A DNA stretch of 64,000 nucleotides from Candidatus Altimarinota bacterium. Lineage in GTDB: Bacteria; Patescibacteriota; Gracilibacteria; 1-14-2-50-48-13. The stretch covers positions 704,001 to 768,000 of the forward strand of contig JBKBWQ010000001.1 in assembly GCA_046314355.1 (NCBI GenBank), read 5' to 3'. Position 1 is the stretch's first letter. Every line of letters begins with the position of its first letter. Below the pieces are notes generated by a model. It saw only the letters and a list, made by a program, of their open reading frames with translations. It was not told the DNA's origin and ran no database searches. Shown here piece by piece: positions 1-10,260 of the stretch. The position numbers were made by a program, and so were the translations under genes.

Positions 1-3000
1 CCACCAGAAGCAAGTAATGTCTCTATCACAGGTAATCCGAGAACTGGAGAACTCCTCACCGGAGAATATACCTACAGCGACCCTGATGGGAATCCTGAAG
101 GAAATACTACATTTCAATGGTTTAAGGATGATACACCCATATCAGATGCAACTACTACTACTTATACAGTTAAACCTAGTGATGTAGGGCATAATATTGC
201 TTTTGAGGTAAGACCAGTAGCTTCAGCAGGTATCACAAATGGAACCCCTGTACGAAGTGTAAATGTTATGATCCTCAATGCTCCACCAATGGCAAGCAAT
301 GTTTCAATCTCTGGAAATCCTTATGCAGGAGAAGTGCTTACAGGTCAGTATACCTTTAGCGATGCAGATAGTAATATTTGGAAATCTGTAAATAATAATG
401 GTGATGCTTCACTTGGAACTAATGCTCAATCTGCTTTCTTGAGAAATGATGCAGCAGGCAAACTCTATATGGGATATGTAGACCAGAATTTCTTAGGTAC
501 AGTGACAACATATAACACGGTTACAGAGACTTGGGAGTATGTAGGTTCACCTGCCTTCACAAATAGCAATGTATATATGAGCGCATTTGATGTAAGCGAG
601 ACTGGAACTCCATACTATGCCTTCATGGATGAATCAGTAAATTACCAGGCTACCGTAATGAAATATAACGGATCATCATGGGTACATGTGGGAGCATTAG
701 GCTTTACGCCAGACCCAGTCAACAACATATATATTGATATAGATAGTAATAACACTCCTTATATTGCCTATTCTTCTCAACTAGACGCTAGTATCTATGT
801 GATGAAATATAACGGCACAAGCTGGGTACAGGTAGGTACAAGTCCTGCAAGCGCATCTAATGCTTCTTTTGCATTAGATCATGACGGAACACCCTACATC
901 GCATACTTAGATAACAACCATCTTGATTCTAACTTTAACCCAAAAACAACAGTAAAAAAATTTAATGGTACAGCTTGGGTAACTGTGGGCACAGAGGGAT
1001 TTAGCCAAAATGGAGCAACATACACAAGCATTACATTTGATAGCCAGAACCAGCCATATTTAACCTATGATGATGTAGATCTCTATAAGACAATCACTCA
1101 AAAATTTAATGGTACAGCTTGGGAAACGGTAGGTCAGCCAACAGGAGTAGCATATTCAAATGCTCTTATATCTATTGATGCAAATGATGTGCCATACGTA
1201 GTGTATTCAAATTATGCAAATCAATCATCCTTAAATATCATATCATTTAATGGTACCTCATGGGTACCTGTAGGTGATACAGTTATATCAGATCAAACCG
1301 CAGCAAATCCTACTATAGCATTTGGTCCAAATAATAAGCTTTATACGGGTTACGTGGATTATTCGACTATGGACAGTGCGGCTACTGTAAAGACTCTTGA
1401 TGCTGGCGATATAGAAGGTGCAAGTGAATATGCATGGTTAAAAGACAGTTCTCCTATTTCAGGTGAAACTGGAGTCACATATACAGTCAAAGCTGAAGAT
1501 ATCGGACATACTATTATATTTCAGGTATCTCCACGTTCAGCTACAGGTACAAATCCTGGAACAACGCAGTCTAGTAGTGGTCTTGTCATTCTGAATTCTA
1601 CTCCAACTGCACCGTCTGATCTTTATGCCAATACTGCCGCAAACGGTGCACAGACAGGTCTTACAAACCCTACAATAACTAGTGCTGACATCGTCCTCTC
1701 AGCTATCTACAATGACCCTGACATGGGTGATACTGCAAATAAATATGATATTCAGATCGGTACTGACACAACATTTACCGCTCTTTATTATGCTAGCGGG
1801 ATGGCAGACATAAGTGATATTGCTCAAGGTGAACGCAGCCCTGATATAGTTCTCAATGGGTTTAATGCTGCAGACAATTTAACGTATTATTGGAGAATCA
1901 AATTCTGGGACGTGAATGGCGAAGAAGGTGCATACTCTCAAGCTGCTGAATTTACCACGGTATTAAATGATATTCCCACCTCACCTACTGATCTTTATGC
2001 AAATACTGCGGCTAATGGTGCACAGACAGGACTTACAAACCCTACTTTAAATGATGAGAATATTGTCTTCTCTGCTGTATACAATGATAATGATCCAACA
2101 GATACAGCAAAGAAATACCAGCTGCAGGTTTCAACAGACATTACCTTCAGCACTACGGATTATGACAGTGGTTCAGGGGTAGTTATTACAGACATCTCTA
2201 CGGGAGAACGCAGCATTGATATTGCTCCAGGATCATTTACTGCTGACGATAATACACCTTACTACTGGAGAATAAAGTTCTGGGATGCAAATGATGCGGA
2301 AGGACCATATTCTGGAACAGCTAGTTTCCTTACAAAAATCAATGATACGCCATCCGCACCAATAGATCTTTTCTCAAATACTGCTAGTGAAGGAGCACAA
2401 AGTGGTCTCAGCAATCCAACTCTTGCAGAAAACGAAATAGTCTTTTCAGCCATTTATACTGATGAAGATGCTACAGATACAGCCAACAAATACCAGCTTG
2501 AAATAAGCTCTGATAGCTCCTTTAATACTATAGTGTATGACAGTGGTTCAACAGGTACAAGTATTGCAGATATCAGCGAAGGAGATAGAAGTACAGATAT
2601 TATTCCTGGATTATTTACAGCTGAAGATGATTCTACTTATTACTGGAGGATAAAGTTCTGGGATGATGAAAATACAGAAGGTGCGTTCTCATCTGCTGCA
2701 AGTTTCACTACAAATATTAATGATGCACCAACAGCACCTACAGATCTCTTTGCAAATGACTCCACAACTGGTGCACAAAGCGGACTTACTGATCCAACTA
2801 CTCTACAGACTAGATCACTTGCCTTCTCTGCTGTCTTTAATGATCCAGATACTAACGATACTTCTACACAGTATCAGCTGCAAATATCTGCAACTAATAC
2901 TTTTAGTTCCACTGTCTATGACTCTGGAGCAGAAAGTATTGCAAGTATTGATGCAGGAGAGCGTTCTTCTGATATTACTACTACCTTTACTCCTGAATAC

Positions 3001-5025
3001 GAAACAACATATTACTGGAGAATACGTTTCTGGGATGCTGAGACTACGGCAGGAGCATATTCCTCCGCAGCTACATTCTCTGTACCTGATCAGGATGCTC
3101 CTGTAGTTACTAGTACGACGCCAGCAGATGGTGCAACAAACGTATCTACTTCCACAGAAGTAAAACTAAGCATTACTGACCTACTCTCTGAAGTGGATCT
3201 TGATTCTCTTGATATTTCAATAGGCGGCTCCAATGCTATTACCGATGGAGTTTGTGAACAAAATAATTTCAACTGCAGCACCAATCCAATCACAAACGGA
3301 TATGAGATCGTAATTACAAATACGAGTGGTGGATATGCTGCAAATACTCAGCACACAGTGGCATACTCTGTGCAGGATACTGCAGCTACACCAAATGTCC
3401 TTTCTGATGACTTCAGCTTTACTACTCTTGCAGCTCCTGATGCTCCTAGTGATCTCTATGCAAATATTTCCAGTACAGGTGTACAGAGCGGACTTGCAAA
3501 TCCTATGGATCTTAATGGACAGTCAGTTGCCGTATCAGCTGTACACAATGATCCACAGACAGAGGCGGCAGAAAGCTATAGACTTGAAGTTTCTACAGAT
3601 AATGGATTCAGTACGATCATCTTTGATAGCGGAAAGACACAGCTTACTTCTTCCGTCGCGGATGGAGCAAGAAGTCCTAGTATTACAATACCTGAGACTC
3701 TCGTAGATAATACGACATATTACTGGAGAATACGTTTCTGGAGTAATGCCGGTGAAGGTACACCTGCAACTGCAAGCTTTGGAATTCACCTCAATAGTGC
3801 GCCAACAGCACCAACAAATCTCTTTGCAAATGATGCATCCTCCGGAGCACAGACAGGTCTGACAAATCCTACAGATCTTAATAGTACTTCCCTCACCTTC
3901 TCTGGAATATACAACGATCCAGATACTGGCGATATAGCAAATAAGTATCAGCTTCAGATAAGTACTGATAATAACTTTTCGGCCATTGCATATGACAGCG
4001 GATCAACTGGTACAAGTATCACAAATATCATAGCTGGAAACCGCTCAGAGGATATCATTCTTGGAACAAGCTTTACTCCTGTAAGAGGAACAACCTACTA
4101 CTACCGTATTAAGTTCTGGGATGATAGTAATACAGAAGGAGCATTCTCCGCATCTGGTACGAGCAGTGCAACTTTCAAAGTAAAACTTGCTAACACTCCA
4201 ACACCTACTCCTCCAGTATCCGGCGGAGGTGGAGGCGGCGGATATACACCTCCGGCACCAGTAGGGACAAACACTAATACGAATGTACCTAGTACAAATG
4301 CCAATAACAATTCTACGAATACAAATAGTAATACTACTCCGAACAATAATACAAACACTACATCCCCAAACCAGAATAGTACAAATCCAAATACTTCAGG
4401 CTCAGGAGGAACTACTCAAACACCAGAGACTTCACACTCTCTCTGCAAGATTATGAGACCCTTTGATACTACAATCAGCGACGCTATTACTGAATCAGAA
4501 CTCAAAGGTACAATGGAGAGACTTCTCAAGAAAGGTGTCGTACTTAATGATCAGGAGAGTGTATTTGATATCTATTCAGAAGTGGATCGTGGAACTCTTG
4601 TAAGATATATTCTCCAATCAAATTGTGAAACTTATCCAGTTTTACCATTATTTAAAGCACCATTCATCGATGTACCTGTTACCAATACCAATGCTCTCTT
4701 CATCTCTATTGCAAAAGCATATGGAAAGATAAAAGGATATGAAGTAGATGGAACCTTCAGACCAGGTAATAAGATCACTCGAGCTGAAGCATTAAAGATC
4801 ATCCTTGAGATTACACTTGGTGATGGAGAAAGAAAGCTCACTGGAACTGCTAGTCCATACAATGATGTGCCAGCTGATGCTTGGTTCAAGGATTATGTAA
4901 GTTATGCCTTTGAACACGGAATCATTAAGCCTCTTGAAGATAAGAAGTTTAGACCAAATGATGCTGCAAAGAAAAGCGAGATCTTCTATATGCTTGGAAG
5001 AGTATTTGCTTTTAAGAATAGCTAA
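1..5025 (+). CDS. Large cell-surface protein (Ig-like domains, 7-bladed beta-propeller-like region, six FN3-like repeats, Big_5-like Ig domain, Asn/Thr-rich linker, C-terminal SLH domains); 5' end lies outside the window
   Basis: Frame 1 is open from base 1 (PPEASNVSITGNPRTGELLTGEYTYSDPDG...) into the 268 ORF. It carries six PTAPxDLxAN...YYWRIKFWD repeats, repeated WxxVG blade motifs, and SLH motifs (GYEVDGTFRPGNKITRAE, YNDVPADAWFKDYV). Confidence 0.85.
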   Translation, partial: PPEASNVSITGNPRTGELLTGEYTYSDPDGNPEGNTTFQWFKDDTPISDATTTTYTVKPSDVGHNIAFEVRPVASAGITNGTPVRSVNVMILNAPPMASNVSISGNPYAGEVLTGQYTFSDADSNIWKSVNNNGDASLGTNAQSAFLRNDAAGKLYMGYVDQNFLGTVTTYNTVTETWEYVGSPAFTNSNVYMSAFDVSETGTPYYAFMDESVNYQATVMKYNGSSWVHVGALGFTPDPVNNIYIDIDSNNTPYIAYSSQLDASIYVMKYNGTSWVQVGTSPASASNASFALDHDGTPYIAYLDNNHLDSNFNPKTTVKKFNGTAWVTVGTEGFSQNGATYTSITFDSQNQPYLTYDDVDLYKTITQKFNGTAWETVGQPTGVAYSNALISIDANDVPYVVYSNYANQSSLNIISFNGTSWVPVGDTVISDQTAANPTIAFGPNNKLYTGYVDYSTMDSAATVKTLDAGDIEGASEYAWLKDSSPISGETGVTYTVKAEDIGHTIIFQVSPRSATGTNPGTTQSSSGLVILNSTPTAPSDLYANTAANGAQTGLTNPTITSADIVLSAIYNDPDMGDTANKYDIQIGTDTTFTALYYASGMADISDIAQGERSPDIVLNGFNAADNLTYYWRIKFWDVNGEEGAYSQAAEFTTVLNDIPTSPTDLYANTAANGAQTGLTNPTLNDENIVFSAVYNDNDPTDTAKKYQLQVSTDITFSTTDYDSGSGVVITDISTGERSIDIAPGSFTADDNTPYYWRIKFWDANDAEGPYSGTASFLTKINDTPSAPIDLFSNTASEGAQSGLSNPTLAENEIVFSAIYTDEDATDTANKYQLEISSDSSFNTIVYDSGSTGTSIADISEGDRSTDIIPGLFTAEDDSTYYWRIKFWDDENTEGAFSSAASFTTNINDAPTAPTDLFANDSTTGAQSGLTDPTTLQTRSLAFSAVFNDPDTNDTSTQYQLQISATNTFSSTVYDSGAESIASIDAGERSSDITTTFTPEYETTYYWRIRFWDAETTAGAYSSAATFSVPDQDAPVVTSTTPADGATNVSTSTEVKLSITDLLSEVDLDSLDISIGGSNAITDGVCEQNNFNCSTNPITNGYEIVITNTSGGYAANTQHTVAYSVQDTAATPNVLSDDFSFTTLAAPDAPSDLYANISSTGVQSGLANPMDLNGQSVAVSAVHNDPQTEAAESYRLEVSTDNGFSTIIFDSGKTQLTSSVADGARSPSITIPETLVDNTTYYWRIRFWSNAGEGTPATASFGIHLNSAPTAPTNLFANDASSGAQTGLTNPTDLNSTSLTFSGIYNDPDTGDIANKYQLQISTDNNFSAIAYDSGSTGTSITNIIAGNRSEDIILGTSFTPVRGTTYYYRIKFWDDSNTEGAFSASGTSSATFKVKLANTPTPTPPVSGGGGGGGYTPPAPVGTNTNTNVPSTNANNNSTNTNSNTTPNNNTNTTSPNQNSTNPNTSGSGGTTQTPETSHSLCKIMRPFDTTISDAITESELKGTMERLLKKGVVLNDQESVFDIYSEVDRGTLVRYILQSNCETYPVLPLFKAPFIDVPVTNTNALFISIAKAYGKIKGYEVDGTFRPGNKITRAEALKIILEITLGDGERKLTGTASPYNDVPADAWFKDYVSYAFEHGIIKPLEDKKFRPNDAAKKSEIFYMLGRVFAFKNS

Positions 5026-5070
5026 ATTAAAAAAGCCACTGGGATAATCCCAGTGGCTTTTTTAATTTAG
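5022..5070. terminator. Bidirectional intrinsic terminator (24-bp perfect arms)
   Basis: CTAAATTAAAAAAGCCACTGGGAT-A-ATCCCAGTGGCTTTTTTAATTTAG between convergent genes. Confidence 0.85.
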
Positions 5071-5546
5071 TAAGCATTTGAAAATGTTAGAAGAATTTCC
5101 GCATCCCCCTTCTTCTGATGAACCTCTTTCTTCAGTCTCATATTAAAATCTCCTGCAGTTAAGTGTATACCATGGGAGAGTATATCTCCTTCTCCGATCT
5201 GTTTTGTCACTACTACTGTATCCTCGATCTTTTCAACTTCCATGAATGATATGTCATGTAAAGAAATATCTCCTTTAGTCTGAATGGAAACATCCATGCC
5301 ATGTGCATCCGCCTGTTCCATGATACTTAAAGGAATAGATTCAGTACCAGGCAGTATATACCCTGCATTAAGAGGAGTCTGACTCACCGTAACCACATCT
5401 GCGCTCAATACAAGATTTGTACTATCAGCCAAAGCCATATTGATATTATTCTTTGTATTAGATACCGTCGTGAGAATCGTAGCAGCAGTAAGTACAGGCA
5501 ACACCACTTTTTTATTTATAAATGTGCGGGTTTTTTCTAAATCCAT
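5067..5546 (-). CDS. Hypothetical protein with N-terminal hydrophobic segment
   Basis: 159-aa ORF; no recognisable motif. Confidence 0.6.
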   Translation of the reverse strand: MDLEKTRTFINKKVVLPVLTAATILTTVSNTKNNINMALADSTNLVLSADVVTVSQTPLNAGYILPGTESIPLSIMEQADAHGMDVSIQTKGDISLHDISFMEVEKIEDTVVVTKQIGEGDILSHGIHLTAGDFNMRLKKEVHQKKGDAEILLTFSNAY

Positions 5547-5616
5547 AGAGTCAGAAGGGAGGGTAAATACTTATATTATAAGAAAATCATTAGTTCTGTA
5601 AACAGGTCTATAGATG

Positions 5617-6150
5617 CTACTTCTTCCCTACCATCTTCATATACTCATTCTTACTTGTCAGAGTTGTAGTATCAGAGATTCTATCTAGAAACACCTTTCC
5701 ATCGAGATGATCTATTTCATGCTGGATAATGCGGGCAAGCAGACCTCCTGTTTCAAGGATAAATTTTTCTCCATGCACATCCACTGCTTCTACTATCACA
5801 GTTTCCGGACGCCTCACAGAGGAAAAAAGATCTGCATGTGCTACACTGCCGCATCCCTCATAGATCTCTACCTGTTTTTTTGAAAGAGAAAGAATTTTCG
5901 GATTAATAAAAACGCGTACAGGATCAGGGATCTGCGCGCTTCTTGTATCAGTCACTCTGATTTCCGTTACAAATACACGCAGATTGATACCTATCTGCGG
6001 AGCTGCCATACCTACAAGACGTGCATCTCTCATACTATCTGTCAGATCTTCCACAAGCTGCTTTATCTCCTCTGAACGGATATCTTTAACGATCTTAGAT
6101 TTTTTTCTGATAATCGGATTACCGACCTGCGTCACATCTTTTATAATCAT
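5617..6150 (-). CDS. def: Peptide deformylase
   Basis: Motifs GMAAPQIG, EGCGS and QHEIDHLDG. Confidence 0.95.
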   Translation of the reverse strand: MIIKDVTQVGNPIIRKKSKIVKDIRSEEIKQLVEDLTDSMRDARLVGMAAPQIGINLRVFVTEIRVTDTRSAQIPDPVRVFINPKILSLSKKQVEIYEGCGSVAHADLFSSVRRPETVIVEAVDVHGEKFILETGGLLARIIQHEIDHLDGKVFLDRISDTTTLTSKNEYMKMVGKK

Positions 6151-6204
6151 GGAGGAGAAGATAATTGAGTAATTAAATTCTAGTATAGCTACTCTTTTAC
6201 AAAA

Positions 6205-6232
6205 TGAAAGAGCCCCTTTCAGGGCTCTTTCA
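6205..6232. terminator. Intrinsic terminator-like hairpin
   Basis: TGAAAGAGCCC-CTTTCA-GGGCTCTTTCA downstream of the 6253 gene. Confidence 0.6.
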
Positions 6233-6252
6233 GAAGTCAGGAAAAATACAGG

Positions 6253-6627
6253 TTACTCAAAAATAACTGAGTCTACAATTACTTGATCTCTTATACGGTC
6301 AGTACCCTCATCCCCACTGGATTCCTGATAGTCATGAGCATAGAGACCATCTCCGAATTTTTCCTTTAAGCTTTCACGAAACATTTTGATCCGCGGACAA
6401 AGCGGGTCGTAACTCATATATACAAACTGTATCCCATAATTATCCTGAGATACTTTTCTGACAATAATTTGTTTAAACTCTTTATGCTGTGCCCACTCTT
6501 GGGCAACTTTACGAATCTCAGCATACCCCGCCGTGCGGTAATCTATTTTTAAGACACCTACAGCAAAATAGTAAAAAGGTTTTGTTGAATCTGAGTGGAA
6601 TGCTCCACTTTGAATTGATTGTGACAT
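6253..6627 (-). CDS. Hypothetical protein
   Basis: ORF 6253-6669; the ATG at 6627 (MSQSIQSG) is the more plausible start. Confidence 0.55.
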   Translation of the reverse strand: MSQSIQSGAFHSDSTKPFYYFAVGVLKIDYRTAGYAEIRKVAQEWAQHKEFKQIIVRKVSQDNYGIQFVYMSYDPLCPRIKMFRESLKEKFGDGLYAHDYQESSGDEGTDRIRDQVIVDSVIFE

Positions 6628-6784
6628 AAGGACAAAAATAAATGACAAAAAATGACTTCCTGACTTCAATAGGATTGTACTACTATTTATTATTCCTGCA
6701 ACATTTCGACAAAAATTAATACTCTAGATCTAAAAAGAGAAGATCCGCAGACCTCCTCTTTTTATTCCTAACTTTGATAAACGT

Positions 6785-7243
6785 TTATTTCAGCATACTG
6801 ATGATTTCCTCTTCAGTGACGATACCTTCCTTTCTTGCAATCTCTTCATTTCCCTTCATTACGACAAGAGTTCCTACTTTAAGATTATGCGCTTTTTCAA
6901 AGTCCCTGTCCTGCTCTGGTGTATATTTAAATCCAAGAATATCAGTTCTCTTCATAAAAGAAAAAGCCTTTATAATAGAAAGTGTCGTCTTTCTACAATC
7001 AGTGCATGTAGGACTATATGTATAGACCAAAAACTTTTTATCCCCGCTCTCGATAAGTGAATCTACATTACTCTTATTATAATCCTGATATCTGCCCCAA
7101 AGAATATTTGTAGCCTTTGCAGCGATACCTTGAGATCCCTGAGCATTGAGGTTGGCACCGGAAGAAGTCTCCTCTCCCCTGCTGCATGAAGTAAATCCTA
7201 AGACAAGAGTAAGTACAAGAAATGATGAAATGAGTGAGCGCAT
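6785..7243 (-). CDS. Thioredoxin-fold lipoprotein
   Basis: Lipobox-like LGFTSC, CxxC (YSPTCTDCRK) and thioredoxin-like C-terminus (TLVVMKGNEEIARKEG). Confidence 0.7.
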   Translation of the reverse strand: MRSLISSFLVLTLVLGFTSCSRGEETSSGANLNAQGSQGIAAKATNILWGRYQDYNKSNVDSLIESGDKKFLVYTYSPTCTDCRKTTLSIIKAFSFMKRTDILGFKYTPEQDRDFEKAHNLKVGTLVVMKGNEEIARKEGIVTEEEIISMLK

Positions 7244-7407
7244 GAAAATAGTATTAACAATATTACAGAGTAAAGATATAGCATAATCAGCCTCTTTTGG
7301 AAAGAAAATTACAATATCTCGGAAGGTGAGTAAAATATTATAGAAATTTCATCGATGAGAAGAAAATTTCTGCTATACTTAGAAGAACTATCTTCTTATC
7401 TTCTTCT

Positions 7408-8118
7408 ATGTCTTATAACCGAATACTGCTCAAGATATCCGGTGAAGCTCTTAAAGGCAAAAGAGATCACGGCATTGATCCAGCTTTTACACATGAGCTT
7501 GCCTTAGAAATACAAAAGATTCACAAAAAAAACATCCAGATCGCAATCGTCATTGGAGGTGGAAATATATTCCGCGGAGCTAAGGCTGAGGCGAACGGAA
7601 TGGATAGAACACTCGCAGATTACACCGGAATGCTCGCAACTATAATGAATGGACTCGCTCTTCAAGATGCCTTCAAAAAAACAGGCATTTCTTCACATGT
7701 TCTTTCTGCCCTCGATATACCGCAAGTCTGTGAAAACTATAATAAAAGAGAAGGAGTTGAGTACTTGGAAAAAGGAGAAATCGTGATCTGCGTCGGTGGT
7801 ACAGGAAATCCGTATTTTAGTACAGATTCCGCTGCGGCTCTGCGTGCAATAGAACTAGAATGCGATATCATTATGAAAGGAACAAAGGTAGATGGAGTCT
7901 ACGACAAGGACCCCATGCAATTCCCAGAAGCACACCTCTACACCACCCTGTCCTTTGATCAAGTCATAGAACAAAATATAAAAATTATGGATCAAACAGC
8001 CTTTACACTATGCAAGGAAAACAACATGCCCATAAAAGTATTTAACGTCACCCACCTAGAGAATATAGAACGAGCAATACTAGAGGACGGATTTGGAACT
8101 AAGATAAGTGGGAGTTAG
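7408..8118 (+). CDS. pyrH: UMP kinase
   Basis: RILLKISGEAL, IVIGGGNIFRG, GTGNPYFSTDSAAALRA, KVDGVYDKDP; followed by frr. Confidence 0.97.
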   Translation: MSYNRILLKISGEALKGKRDHGIDPAFTHELALEIQKIHKKNIQIAIVIGGGNIFRGAKAEANGMDRTLADYTGMLATIMNGLALQDAFKKTGISSHVLSALDIPQVCENYNKREGVEYLEKGEIVICVGGTGNPYFSTDSAAALRAIELECDIIMKGTKVDGVYDKDPMQFPEAHLYTTLSFDQVIEQNIKIMDQTAFTLCKENNMPIKVFNVTHLENIERAILEDGFGTKISGS

Positions 8119-8216
8119 GGCGCAGTAATTTGGCGCACATAATTGGACTCAATAATTAAGTAATTGAGATCAATTATTGCAGTCCAATAATGTGTCCCTA
8201 ATGATTGAGCCAAATT
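8116..8216. repeat. Modular palindromic intergenic element, copy A
   Basis: Core TAATTGAGATCAATTA at 8161-8176 flanked by GGCGCAC/GGACTC/GCAGTCC units; reverse-complement match to copies G and H; overlaps the pyrH stop codon. Confidence 0.85.
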
Positions 8217-8297
8217 CCCCTTTTCTTTCCTCCCCTTGAATATCCTCAATAGTCCTGTATAGTAGACCCACTATTATACATTTTTTCACATATCTGC

Positions 8298-8837
8298 ATG
8301 GATACATATATCAGCGCATTTCAGCAGAAATACCTAAAGACAGTAGAACATTTTAAAACTGAATTAGGTAAAGTACAGACTGGACGTGCGAGCGCATCTC
8401 TCGTAGAGCATATTAGCGTAGAGCTTTATGGACAGATGCAGCCGCTTAAAAACGTAGCTTCTATCTCCATCCCTGACTCAAAGACAATTTCTCTCCAGCC
8501 ATGGGATAAATCTGCTATTCAACCTATAGAAAAGGCTCTGCAGAAATCCGATATCAACCCTATGAACAATGGTGTGAGCATACTCATTACACTTCCTCCT
8601 CTTACTGAAGAGAGAAGAAAAGAGATGGTAAAAATCGTGAAGAAAATCGCTGAAGAAACAAAAGTAACTATCAGACAGCAGCGTCAGACAGCCATGGATG
8701 AAATCAAAAAAGATAAGGATGCTTCCGAAGATATGAAAAAAGGAGCAGAGAAAAAACTTCAGGAAAAAGTAGATGCTGCAAATAAAGAGATTGATGAGAT
8801 CTCCAAGAAAAAGGAGCAGGATATTATGACTATTTAA
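8298..8837 (+). CDS. frr: Ribosome recycling factor
   Basis: TGRAS, PPLTEERRKEMVK; follows pyrH. Confidence 0.95.
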   Translation: MDTYISAFQQKYLKTVEHFKTELGKVQTGRASASLVEHISVELYGQMQPLKNVASISIPDSKTISLQPWDKSAIQPIEKALQKSDINPMNNGVSILITLPPLTEERRKEMVKIVKKIAEETKVTIRQQRQTAMDEIKKDKDASEDMKKGAEKKLQEKVDAANKEIDEISKKKEQDIMTI

Positions 8838-8852
8838 TCAACCAATCGTTTC

Positions 8853-10055
8853 ATGGAAAGTTTTTTCTCAAGTATACCATCATTTTTATTAAGTGCTCTT
8901 GCGGTTATAGTTGTCTTCTCACTGGTCATTCTTATACACGAGCTTGGTCATTTTACCGCAGCAAAATGGTTTAAGGTAAAGGTTGAGGAATTTGGTATGG
9001 GATTACCTCCAAAGGCAAAAGTACTCTATAAGAAAGGTGACACTGAATATACATTGAACTGGATTCCTTTCGGAGGATTTGTGCGTATGTTCGGAGAATC
9101 TGATGTGGACGGTGAGCTTACAGATAATAAAGATAGCTTCTCTGCAAAGCCCGTATGGCAGCGTATAATTATTGCCTCTGCAGGCGTATTTATGAATTTT
9201 CTGCTAGCATATATACTTATAGTAATATTATTCCTTTCTGGATTTAAGCCACTTGCTATCATTCCAGATAATATGTATCCAATGAAAGAGAGTTCTTATC
9301 TCTTGAGTTCACAGTCCTTCGCAAAAGAGAAAGGTATCATTAAAGACAATCCAGGAAGTACGTCTCCCCTTGTTATTACGTCTATCACTCCTGATTCTCA
9401 GGCTAGCCGTCTAGGTATTTCAGACAACTCACGTATTATAACTATCAATGATATTCCAGCATCCACAATGGAGATCTTCACAAAAACTTTGAAAGATGCT
9501 CCTGCAGGATCAAATATTACCATTGCCCTTCAGACTTCTAACGGAGTATCACAGATGATTGCTTTTCCAAAGGAGAAGGACACTATTGGAGTGACCATTG
9601 AACAAGAAAGAGCCTATACAGCTACAGGTAAGGATTATAAACTCTCGCTTTCAGAGGCTCCAGTAGCTGCAGCTGTAGAGCTTAAGAGTCAGATTACATA
9701 TATGTTTAGCGCAGTAGGTCAGGTCTTTGGAGAAATATTTACTTCCTTCAGTCTACCGAAGGATATCGGTGGTCCAGTACAGATCGCGAGCACGATAGGT
9801 ACAGTAAGCAAAGAAGGTATCAGTGCACTTATTATTCTTTCGGTTCTACTTTCAGTGAATCTTGGAGTTTTCAATATACTCCCTATCCCTGCTCTAGACG
9901 GAGGTAGAATTCTATTCATGATATATGAAGTGATCACGCGTAAGCGTCCAAATCAAAAAGTAGAGACTTATATTCATGTGATCGGATATGTATTTATACT
10001 TGGTCTTATACTACTGGTAACATATCAGGATATTGTCAGGTTATTTGTGAAATAG
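8853..10055 (+). CDS. rseP: RIP metalloprotease RseP (M50 family, PDZ domain)
   Basis: HELGH, NWIPFGGFV, NILPIPALDGG. Confidence 0.9.
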   Translation: MESFFSSIPSFLLSALAVIVVFSLVILIHELGHFTAAKWFKVKVEEFGMGLPPKAKVLYKKGDTEYTLNWIPFGGFVRMFGESDVDGELTDNKDSFSAKPVWQRIIIASAGVFMNFLLAYILIVILFLSGFKPLAIIPDNMYPMKESSYLLSSQSFAKEKGIIKDNPGSTSPLVITSITPDSQASRLGISDNSRIITINDIPASTMEIFTKTLKDAPAGSNITIALQTSNGVSQMIAFPKEKDTIGVTIEQERAYTATGKDYKLSLSEAPVAAAVELKSQITYMFSAVGQVFGEIFTSFSLPKDIGGPVQIASTIGTVSKEGISALIILSVLLSVNLGVFNILPIPALDGGRILFMIYEVITRKRPNQKVETYIHVIGYVFILGLILLVTYQDIVRLFVK

Positions 10056-10170
10056 TAATTGGGCACGATACTTAGACTCAATAATTAGGGCTCATAATTT
10101 GCGTAATTGGGCTCAATAATTGAGTCTAATTAGTGATGCCCAATTATCGTGCGCCCAATTATGAGCCCTC
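10055..10170. repeat. Modular palindromic intergenic element, copy B (lacks the exact GAGCTC core)
   Basis: GTAATTGGGCAC...GACTCAATAATTAGGGCTC...TAATTGGGCTCAATAATTGAGTCTAATT...GTGCGCCCAATTATGAGCCCT; starts at the rseP stop. Confidence 0.85.
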
Positions 10171-10260
10171 TTTCAGAATTCCTTTCTTACCCCATTGCTT
10201 TTTACGAACTTTTATGTCATAATAATACGAATAACATAAATTCATAAAAACAAAATCCAT

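Noticed and set aside
4195-4430. Low-complexity Pro/Gly/Asn/Thr tract as a DNA repeat element
   Set aside because: It is an in-frame protein linker preceding the SLH domains; similar NTN-rich linkers occur in other surface proteins here.
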